Under the pieces are notes generated by a model. It was not told where the DNA came from and did no database searches. It worked only from the letters and a program-made list of their open reading frames with translations. DNA of 34,119 nt from a virus (lineage: Duplodnaviria; Caudoviricetes), in IMG/VR virus record IMGVR_UViG_3300037851_000515, positions 1-34,119 of that record; one strand, written 5' to 3'. This document shows, one piece after another, positions 15,099 to 22,821 of this stretch; the first letter of the stretch is position 1; the number at the start of each line of letters is the position of its first letter. The position numbers and the translations under genes were made by a program.

Positions 15099-18088
15099 TA
15101 CTTCTGATACCTCGTGTCTGTGATATCGAAATCCACAGATAATCCACAGATCGAACAACGTTCTCTAGGGATGTTGTGTTCCACTAAAACGTAAAGATAT
15201 GCTCCCCGACTACTCTCAACTGGTACGAACGTCAAAACATGGTCTGTGATCGAAGCCGATCCCCAAAGTAATCCCCACGGGAACAATCCCCAACCATCCT
15301 CTGATGTGTCGAAAACATCAAATTCAGTTCCATTCTTGTTTTGATCAGTATAAACCGTTACCGTCATGTTGGTGATATCGGTTTCGTCGTTATCAAAGAA
15401 AAATGAGAGTTTTTTAAATTCTTTCTCGTATTCTGGCGCACCACAATGAATCTGCTGATATTTGAGTTTTGAAACAATACCAGGAATGATGGTGATTGGA
15501 TTTGTCACCGTCCCGTTAGCCGTGTAGGCGTTAACAAACACCGAACCATCCAGATCAAAATTAGTCGCATCCACAACCGTTATCGTCCACGTGCCGTTTG
15601 CCTCAATGGTTCCCGTGACTCCAGCTATAATGACGCTGTTGCCTGTTGCCAAACTGTGCGCCGCTGCCGTTGTCACCCGAATCAAACCAACTCCGTTATC
15701 GGCACAGTTCGCAACGTTCACGGCGACGTTGATATGCAGATTGTTAACACTGTTAAGCGTGACCTGTGCCGTTGAATCGACAACGTCAACCGTCCTAGTC
15801 ACGTTGCCTTGCACAACCAACGAGTTTTTCGGTATCGTCACGTTAGTGCCAAACGTGATCTGATTTGTTGCCGTGTCGATGACAGTTAGCGTGTTTGCGA
15901 TATCCGGCGTTGAAAAATCATTGACTGAATATGCTTTTCTCTCTCGCAAAATTCCGCTGCCGGAAGTCGGAGCGGTATACATGTAACCACTTACTACAAT
16001 GCCTAATTTAACATGAGTATCGTTTGTATAAACCCCGTGTTTTCGTTGCATCCAAGAATTAGTGAACGTTTGAAATACGTTCAAAATATCATTTGATGTT
16101 GATGTTGTTCCATTATGTGTCGCGCAAAAATAAGACTTCTCGTCTTCATAAAACCAGCCATATCCATCCGTAAAGAAGTTGGTGGAGATTTGCGGCTCAA
16201 TATCTTTGATCTCATTTGCGTTGCCAATAACTTCAATGCCAACATCGGAAATCCGCACATAGCCTAGCTTTGAAAACATCAAAATGGTGTTTTGACCCTT
16301 GGCAATCGAATTGATTTGCGCACATTCTACAGTTCCGTCAAACTCATCAATGTTAAATGCACTGTCGGTTTCGCCAGTCAGTCGATAAACCCCGTCTTTT
16401 TGCTTTATGATAAAAAGCGAATCTCTCAAACCAACAACCGCCAGTATGGGATCGTCCGCTCTGCCCACGCGCTGAATATTGATCAGCGGCACGTGTTCAC
16501 TCTCTCCAACCTTAGACCACATCAGTCCGTTTTGATAATTGTCGTTGGTACTGACATAAGTCGTGCCTGCCGTAGGTATTGCCGGTGAAAAATTTCCTCC
16601 AGTCGCCGACGAATTCGCCGTAATATAAAACGCCGCTTGGCCCACAATCCTGGTTTCAAATCGAAGCTTACCAACAACGTCATTTAATCCACTTTCATAA
16701 AATGCATACCAATAGGCGTTGTTTGTTGCTTGATTTAGGCAACGGACGATTGACCTAGCTGTTTCGTCAATCGCAACTGACACAGTTCCCGAACTGCTTA
16801 TGATAAATCTTGGTGTCGTCCCGATATCTTCGTAAAAGTCAACGGTGCCAAGAGTTGCAGCATAGCCAGCAACCCATGCTTGAGCAATCGTAAATGTAGT
16901 TGCGCCCGTGACCGTGACCTCGTAAACCTTGTTATTGATCACTGGTCCCACTGTGCCATCAACACCATAAAAATAAACATAATCACCCGATGTATAGGTA
17001 TGGTTTGCCGTTGTCGTCACTTGAATAAATCCGCCCGAATCGGCGACGCTTGCCACAGTCTTATCTGCAATATCTGCAACACAGCCTAACGTTATCGTGT
17101 TTGTTCCGTTTGAAAAGACAAGTGTTGAGGTCCCCGCCGTCAGACCAGTAACCGAAATTATTGACGTATAAAGTCTTTGCACGCTTTCGATATTTCCGAA
17201 AAACGTGTAATTTTTATACGTCGTAATGCTATTGGCTTTTGGAGGCCTGTAATTAGCATTTTGAATGCCCTGCTGTGTTGTGTTCGTGTAAAGTTCGGTT
17301 CCTCGAAATCCATCGGCCAGAACATCGGTGACGGTGACCGCGCCCGCCGTTATCTCACCTGCTGTTGGTTGCGCTTGATAAACCAATTGAAAATCTTCAG
17401 GAGGAGTGACGGCACTATCAACAATCGATGTTCTATGGATTTCAAGATAATGGCTAGACGTGATCTCATCAGGAATATAGATGCGCAAAATGCTGTTGCG
17501 ATCTCCACCAGATGTATTTATGAGAGTTCTGCGCTCGCTTGGTACAGATGTTATCTTATTATCATTTGCATCAGTGTAAGTCCAAATAATACGATATGCG
17601 ACAGCCTTATTGTTAGCTAACCAACCAGTCGCTCCCGTCAAATTAACGTCAAAACCCAAAGCATTCGGTAAACCAGCCTTTCGAAAATTAGCAGTTAACG
17701 AATCGATAACTTGAACACCCAAAGAGCTGGTTATGTAGAGATTTGATGAGTCTTCAATCGATTTCATTAAATAGTTGGTTTCTGAAGCTGTGAACGTTGT
17801 TCCGCCATCTACGTCTTGATATTGCGCGAATGCTCCAGCTCCATCAGAATCATAATAAAGAGTGTTGTTTGCCATGTGACAAATCAAACGATTTTTGTAT
17901 TGCAAGAATTGACTAATGTTTTGAACCGGAAGATCGCTACCATACGCCGCTCGACCGCGACATTTGCGATAGATATTTGGCCTCACTGTTTCGAAGTTTT
18001 CACCAATGATCACTGTGCCGGTTGGCGCTGTGACCGCATTGGCGTTTGTGTTTCGCCCGATATTTTCTTGTAAATCGCGATATTCCAT
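15098..18088 (-). CDS. putative tail nozzle (tail tubular protein B / P22 gp10-like) with inserted beta domains
   Basis: 996-aa beta-rich protein following the adaptor; LMWSKVGESEHVP...VGRADDPI..V.GLRDSLFIIK..G.YRLTG propeller-blade pattern. Confidence 0.7.
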   Translation of the reverse strand: MEYRDLQENIGRNTNANAVTAPTGTVIIGENFETVRPNIYRKCRGRAAYGSDLPVQNISQFLQYKNRLICHMANNTLYYDSDGAGAFAQYQDVDGGTTFTASETNYLMKSIEDSSNLYITSSLGVQVIDSLTANFRKAGLPNALGFDVNLTGATGWLANNKAVAYRIIWTYTDANDNKITSVPSERRTLINTSGGDRNSILRIYIPDEITSSHYLEIHRTSIVDSAVTPPEDFQLVYQAQPTAGEITAGAVTVTDVLADGFRGTELYTNTTQQGIQNANYRPPKANSITTYKNYTFFGNIESVQRLYTSIISVTGLTAGTSTLVFSNGTNTITLGCVADIADKTVASVADSGGFIQVTTTANHTYTSGDYVYFYGVDGTVGPVINNKVYEVTVTGATTFTIAQAWVAGYAATLGTVDFYEDIGTTPRFIISSSGTVSVAIDETARSIVRCLNQATNNAYWYAFYESGLNDVVGKLRFETRIVGQAAFYITANSSATGGNFSPAIPTAGTTYVSTNDNYQNGLMWSKVGESEHVPLINIQRVGRADDPILAVVGLRDSLFIIKQKDGVYRLTGETDSAFNIDEFDGTVECAQINSIAKGQNTILMFSKLGYVRISDVGIEVIGNANEIKDIEPQISTNFFTDGYGWFYEDEKSYFCATHNGTTSTSNDILNVFQTFTNSWMQRKHGVYTNDTHVKLGIVVSGYMYTAPTSGSGILRERKAYSVNDFSTPDIANTLTVIDTATNQITFGTNVTIPKNSLVVQGNVTRTVDVVDSTAQVTLNSVNNLHINVAVNVANCADNGVGLIRVTTAAAHSLATGNSVIIAGVTGTIEANGTWTITVVDATNFDLDGSVFVNAYTANGTVTNPITIIPGIVSKLKYQQIHCGAPEYEKEFKKLSFFFDNDETDITNMTVTVYTDQNKNGTEFDVFDTSEDGWGLFPWGLLWGSASITDHVLTFVPVESSRGAYLYVLVEHNIPRERCSICGLSVDFDITDTRYQK

Positions 18089-18092
18089 GAGC

Positions 18093-19013
18093 CTACCAAG
18101 ATGATCTAATTAAATTCAAAATATGACTTCTTGACACGATTTTCTTTGGTGAAGCTTTGACCCGATCCGCGCTTCTCCTGCGAATATTGCCCATCATGTT
18201 CGCTAGAGACAATTGAGCCGTCTGAAGCCCTTTTGCATCATTCATGGAGATCAAACACCTGATTACAGCCATTTGAGCTAATGCTGGATGATAGTCTTCG
18301 GGAATATTTGGAATCGGTGTTTTATTCACTGGAGCAATATAATCACCCGCCACAGGAGCACGCTCGAAACCCGTCGATGTTACTGTGATCACTAAACCGC
18401 CAACCGCAGCCGTCAACCCTCTGGCTAAAACCGAAAATGGATTAGTCCCAGATATGATATCAACACCAGCCGAAGTTACGGGTACACTATCAACCGTCAA
18501 CTGATAAGTGGCGCCAACTACCGCAACGTTGCTAATCAAACCGCACGAGTTTGTTTTGACAATATCATTTTGCAATCTCACGTATGATATGCGAAGGCTT
18601 CCCGTTGCTGATGATGTCATGTCTGGCACCAAAACAATTTTATTGCCTTCTAAATAGTATGCATTTGGACTAGAGCTGTCAGTCATTACGTCATACATAT
18701 CGCGCTGTGAGCGATTTATTCTTGTCAAACGCGAATAATTTGACGATGAATCAAGATAACCAACTTCCTCTAGCTTCCAACCAATTGCCGTTGTTGGCAA
18801 ATCATACTCTGTTTGAGATGCCACTAAAGCAGTGTCAACTTTCATGATAAAATAATCTTCATTCAACGATATGAGTTCGCCAACCATCGTGATTTGTAAC
18901 TCTTCATTCAGGAAAGCCAAAAAATCAGTATCGTTGAATTTAGATTGGCTCGTCGGTATTGATGCATTTCGCTTGATCGCCGAAATCAGCATATCACCAG
19001 TATATGCGGCCAT
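18093..19013 (-). CDS. putative head-tail adaptor (tail tubular protein A-like)
   Basis: MI..IKR.......F.DTDFL.FLNEE N-terminus, EYDLP, and PNIPEDYH.AL motif typical of podovirus adaptors. Confidence 0.7.
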   Translation of the reverse strand: MAAYTGDMLISAIKRNASIPTSQSKFNDTDFLAFLNEELQITMVGELISLNEDYFIMKVDTALVASQTEYDLPTTAIGWKLEEVGYLDSSSNYSRLTRINRSQRDMYDVMTDSSSPNAYYLEGNKIVLVPDMTSSATGSLRISYVRLQNDIVKTNSCGLISNVAVVGATYQLTVDSVPVTSAGVDIISGTNPFSVLARGLTAAVGGLVITVTSTGFERAPVAGDYIAPVNKTPIPNIPEDYHPALAQMAVIRCLISMNDAKGLQTAQLSLANMMGNIRRRSADRVKASPKKIVSRSHILNLIRSSW

Positions 19014-19015
19014 AA

Positions 19016-19372
19016 TTATTTCCGCCTTTTCCCTTTTTTCAAGTTTGCTAACAGCTCATCAAAGTTTTTTCGTTTGTCGCTTGGCTCTTCCGCATCCATG
19101 GAAGAAGTTTCCTCGTAATCGTCTTCCATGTCTTCCTCGTCATCACGATTGCCAAGATGAGAAATCGAAATCATCATGCCAGCTGGTTTTATCTTTTTTT
19201 CAGGCATCATTTTTTCTTGCATGATCTCTTCGATAATCTCTTCTTTTTTTCCAGCTTTTTTTGGCAAAGTATCACCCTTGCGAGTAAGACCGGCAAGGAT
19301 AATATCTTTTAAAGATCCCTCGTAAATGCCTTTTAACGCTGCTAATCGAGCCTGTCGTTTTTTGTTTTCCAT
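19016..19372 (-). CDS. hypothetical highly charged protein
   Basis: Start at MENKK (AAAGGA RBS); acidic and basic low-complexity tracts. Confidence 0.65.
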   Translation of the reverse strand: MENKKRQARLAALKGIYEGSLKDIILAGLTRKGDTLPKKAGKKEEIIEEIMQEKMMPEKKIKPAGMMISISHLGNRDDEEDMEDDYEETSSMDAEEPSDKRKNFDELLANLKKGKRRK

Positions 19373-19389
19373 GGTTGCTAATCCTTTTT

Positions 19390-19764
19390 TTATGCAAGTT
19401 CCCATTCACGACAATCTGTCAATCGCAAACAAACATACGTTACGCCAGAAAACAAAAGATTACCGGTCAATGTTGCCAATGTGGTGCCATCCATTTTTTT
19501 GATATAGACCGTCTTTTGACCAAGATCTTGCACGTTTTTGAAAACCATCAAAGGTTTAAAACTGGTGTCTTTGTAACCAGCATGGCGTGTGATGTCAAAG
19601 TCTCGAACAGTGTATGTTACGTCGGTTATCTCTCTTTGAGAAATGTCGGGGATTGTCCAGGTTACGGCGTCACCCTCAACATAGGTGTCTTCTGCGGGCA
19701 ATTCTACCCTCAATTGTGTCAAATTGTCTCTGTGTAAATAATTTTCAGCATAAACGCTACCCAT
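19390..19764 (-). CDS. hypothetical protein, probably structural
   Basis: 124 aa, GAGGAGG RBS, in the late operon. Confidence 0.65.
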   Translation of the reverse strand: MGSVYAENYLHRDNLTQLRVELPAEDTYVEGDAVTWTIPDISQREITDVTYTVRDFDITRHAGYKDTSFKPLMVFKNVQDLGQKTVYIKKMDGTTLATLTGNLLFSGVTYVCLRLTDCREWELA

Positions 19765-19767
19765 GAT

Positions 19768-20121
19768 TTATTCCTCCTCTATGATTTTCATGGTTGAATA
19801 CAAATTCACAAATTCCATCAATTCCAAAGCAATCTTAATTGCCGATTCAATCAGCTTTTCAATATTATCGTTTTTCAAATCAAAATTGTCATTGACATAT
19901 GTTTCGATTTCTAGCTTATCCTCTTCGGTCATGTTTTTCAGTTCGTTTATGGCTTCTTTGCAGTCTTCAAACGCCATCCCGAACGTCGATAGTGCACCAA
20001 AGAAATAAGAAAGATCTCCAAGGCCCACCGAATTATCTTCTAGAGCTTGATCCAAAGCCGAGGCTAGTTCGCAAATAAAGAAAATCAACTCTTTTGTTTC
20101 TTTCATTCGTTCACTACTCAT
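19768..20121 (-). CDS. conserved acidic helical phage protein in the lysis region
   Basis: Start at MSSERMKETKEL (AAGGAG RBS); amphipathic helices. Confidence 0.7.
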   Translation of the reverse strand: MSSERMKETKELIFFICELASALDQALEDNSVGLGDLSYFFGALSTFGMAFEDCKEAINELKNMTEEDKLEIETYVNDNFDLKNDNIEKLIESAIKIALELMEFVNLYSTMKIIEEE

Positions 20122-20467
20122 CTTGTAATCTCCTTTTTGGTGGAAGTTCAGATATTTTGATATCGATTTCCGGCCACTCACAAAGTTGTTGGCCGATACG
20201 ATGAATGGCAACATCATTTTGCATCAATTCCCCAGTTCGTTTTGTCGTCACATATTCCAACCAAGCAATATCTCTTTTCAGCTCCTTCAGTTTTGACGCT
20301 TTAGTGCCATCCTCAATGGTTTGCTTCAATAAAGCGGTCTGCATCTTCTGAACATCATTTTGCATTTTGTCTAATTGTCTTAAAAGGCGCGTAGCAAAAA
20401 AGCCGAGAATACCGACCAAAAAGCCAAACACCAAAAGACCAATTTGAAAAAAGCCATCATTAGGCAT
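20114..20467 (-). CDS. single-TM coiled-coil membrane protein (holin- or spanin-like)
   Basis: Start at MPNDGFF; IGLLVFGFLVGILGFFA TM helix then coiled coil; downstream of the endolysin. Confidence 0.55.
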   Translation of the reverse strand: MPNDGFFQIGLLVFGFLVGILGFFATRLLRQLDKMQNDVQKMQTALLKQTIEDGTKASKLKELKRDIAWLEYVTTKRTGELMQNDVAIHRIGQQLCEWPEIDIKISELPPKRRLQDE

Positions 20468-20618
20468 TTGGCTTGTCCTTTTTTTGCAAAAGCTTTTTCG
20501 CAGCCAGTTCAACAACCTCAATGACACTGCCCGCTTTGACCTTATCCGTTTTTCCCAGCCAATATTCCAAACCCATGTAAAGCACAGTTCCGACGACTTG
20601 GATGATTAAACTTTCCAT
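20460..20618 (-). CDS. small membrane protein, putative holin (52 aa)
   Basis: Manual translation MESLIIQVVGTVLYMGLEYWLGKTDKVKAGSVIEVVELAAKKLLQKKDKPNA*; immediately after the endolysin; not in the ORF track. Confidence 0.6.
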   Translation of the reverse strand: MESLIIQVVGTVLYMGLEYWLGKTDKVKAGSVIEVVELAAKKLLQKKDKPNA

Positions 20619-20619
20619 A

Positions 20620-21081
20620 TTAAATCCCTTCATTGAATGGATAACGAGGATGGCAAAGAGCTACTAAGTCTTTGCGATATTTGATCGGTCTCATCTTGAT
20701 ATAGGCATCCGCCGCAATTGCCTCGGGAAGATTCGTAACCTTGCTTGACCCGCCACCAGCTTCGAGCATAATGAACTCTCCAAGGCATACGCCAACATGT
20801 TTTATTGATTTGATATCTTCACCATAAAAAGAAAGCGTACCCAAACTAGGTCTTTGCGTAATATTGTTTTTAAATCGCTCAAAAAGTCCTTGCGCGGTAT
20901 AATCCACGCCTTGCGACAAAGCGCCAACACTTTGCAATAATTCAATCGCAAAACCGCTACAATCAAAACCCTGGAGCGGATTATCCCCCCCCCAAAAATA
21001 TGGCCTCCCAACAAATGCCATTGCGTATTGAAAAAACGAATCTTTGGTCATAATGTTAACTCTGGTTTCTTGGTTATGCAT
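20620..21081 (-). CDS. NlpC/P60 (C40) cell-wall peptidase, putative endolysin
   Basis: G.PY.WGG....GFDCSGF catalytic Cys motif and downstream HVG His. Confidence 0.9.
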   Translation of the reverse strand: MHNQETRVNIMTKDSFFQYAMAFVGRPYFWGGDNPLQGFDCSGFAIELLQSVGALSQGVDYTAQGLFERFKNNITQRPSLGTLSFYGEDIKSIKHVGVCLGEFIMLEAGGGSSKVTNLPEAIAADAYIKMRPIKYRKDLVALCHPRYPFNEGI

Positions 21082-21085
21082 GAAA

Positions 21086-21607
21086 TCAATCCTTAGTCAG
21101 CATTTGATTTGAACCAAGCGCATCGCATTTATAATGAACCCCAATGGAAAAAACAAAAGCATTGCCCGTAAACGTATTCCCTGTTGCTGTTCGAACAAGA
21201 CGAAAAGCTATGATGTTCCCTATTTTAATCGCGCCGCTAATTGTTGGTGTGAAGGTAGCTAACTGGTGTTGAAGAGCCACACCGCCGCCCGCTTGTGTAG
21301 CCGACAGCTGTGCCTGTACAGGAAAGGCCGTTCCAACACTCGCTATTGAATAATCAAACAAAAAGATGCAATTTCCCGTATTTGTTGTTGACGGCGCCCA
21401 GTGAACATGCACATATAATTCTGATCCCTCAATATAATCATGTTGAATTTCAAATGATCCATGTAAGACATCGCCGGTTTGAAATTCATATGTTCTGAGA
21501 TCGCCAGAGAAAACACCGAACGTCGGCAACGTTCCGCCAGTCAATGCGGTAACGGGCAAAATTAAATCTTTCCATTGTCCTGTTTTGTGGCTCACACGAT
21601 CACCCAT
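21086..21607 (-). CDS. beta-sandwich virion protein / receptor-binding-like domain
   Basis: Beta-rich, H.SFEI.HDY.EGS.LYVHVHW pattern; coupled to the upstream small fibre gene. Confidence 0.5.
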   Translation of the reverse strand: MGDRVSHKTGQWKDLILPVTALTGGTLPTFGVFSGDLRTYEFQTGDVLHGSFEIQHDYIEGSELYVHVHWAPSTTNTGNCIFLFDYSIASVGTAFPVQAQLSATQAGGGVALQHQLATFTPTISGAIKIGNIIAFRLVRTATGNTFTGNAFVFSIGVHYKCDALGSNQMLTKD

Positions 21608-21894
21608 CCTGTCCCGTTTGATACGATTGTAATTGACGAATATTTCGTTTCAAGCGCTGTTGTCGTTGATCCGTCAATTGTTTCAGATCCATTGCCATCA
21701 ATTGTCACGGTTCCCGTATTAATATTTTTTATCGTAAACATGATGCCAGTCAAATTAGCTGCTGCTGGAAGGTTGACCGTCATGGCGCTAGCACTATTAC
21801 AAATCAACGTTGTAAACTCAATATCAAGCGATTCTGTTGCACCAGTGACAAATTTCGCTTTTTCAATGTTTTTAGGATAAACTGAAACGGTCAT
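21592..21894 (-). CDS. small tail-fibre-associated domain protein
   Basis: TVNLPAAA..G..FTIKN...G.VTI.GNGSETIDG.....L...YSSITIVSNGTGW motif common in phage fibre proteins. Confidence 0.65.
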   Translation of the reverse strand: MTVSVYPKNIEKAKFVTGATESLDIEFTTLICNSASAMTVNLPAAANLTGIMFTIKNINTGTVTIDGNGSETIDGSTTTALETKYSSITIVSNGTGWVIV

Positions 21895-22817
21895 AATATT
21901 CCTTTTATTATTTTTCTTACAAAAAGATAATCTATTCCAAAATGCTGTTTATCGATATCCTCGGAACTCCAATCCTTTGGCTCGTCATCCCGTTGCCACA
22001 AGTAATCTTCTGAGCGATCCCTGGCAGTCGGCAAACGATCTTTCGGGAACAACGTTTCATCTTTTAAAATGTTCTGTGCGATAGTTTGATCGCCAGTTGT
22101 AAAGAGATGTAAAACAGCTTGGAACAATGCGTTTCTTGGCTGCCTGTTTGCCTGTGCCTTCAAAACCGATAGCGACACTTGAGATATGGATCTATTGATA
22201 ATACCCTCAAGCAATGCATCGATAACTTGTAAATGTGCCTCAAACCCGGATCTAATAAATATGCCGTCCTCAGAGTTTTCGGTATCGTCCAGTAAAAATG
22301 AGGTAGGCGTGTTCTCATCACGATTACCATTCAAAAACCTCCTGACACGTCTAATTTGATCCATCAAGCTTGGTGTTATGTAGGTTCGCGTAATGTCGCC
22401 GCGTCCAGAAAAATAAGCGTGATTTTCAAGATACAAAATAACGCGATCAAGAATAGCAATGTCTTTTTTTGCCAAGACGCAAAACATGAAACCTTTCATC
22501 ATGTCTTTTGAAAAATCACTTGCGGTTAGTCCTTTGTCATAGATTTCGTGGTCCGTCCAGCGGAACAATCTTCCCGGTTCTGCTCCCGATTCATGTGCCG
22601 AGTAATCAAGAGCCAATCCAGAATAAACCCCGAGACACCTAAACAACAAATCATCACCAGGAGCATGAACAAACCCCTTTTCGTAAATTAATTGCATCGA
22701 TTCGGCAGAATAAATATCGTCTTTAGCGGCAAAATAGTCAGTATCAACACTTTGCGGAGACTTCGCTTCATGCCTTCCACAAGAAATCAACAGAATTGTC
22801 AGCAAGAGTATTTTCAT
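21891..22817 (-). CDS. predicted lipoprotein (308 aa)
   Basis: Start reassigned to ATG 22817: MKILLLTILLISC signal peptide with lipobox LISC; mostly helical body. Confidence 0.7.
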   Translation of the reverse strand: MKILLLTILLISCGRHEAKSPQSVDTDYFAAKDDIYSAESMQLIYEKGFVHAPGDDLLFRCLGVYSGLALDYSAHESGAEPGRLFRWTDHEIYDKGLTASDFSKDMMKGFMFCVLAKKDIAILDRVILYLENHAYFSGRGDITRTYITPSLMDQIRRVRRFLNGNRDENTPTSFLLDDTENSEDGIFIRSGFEAHLQVIDALLEGIINRSISQVSLSVLKAQANRQPRNALFQAVLHLFTTGDQTIAQNILKDETLFPKDRLPTARDRSEDYLWQRDDEPKDWSSEDIDKQHFGIDYLFVRKIIKGIL

Positions 22818-22821
22818 TTTC

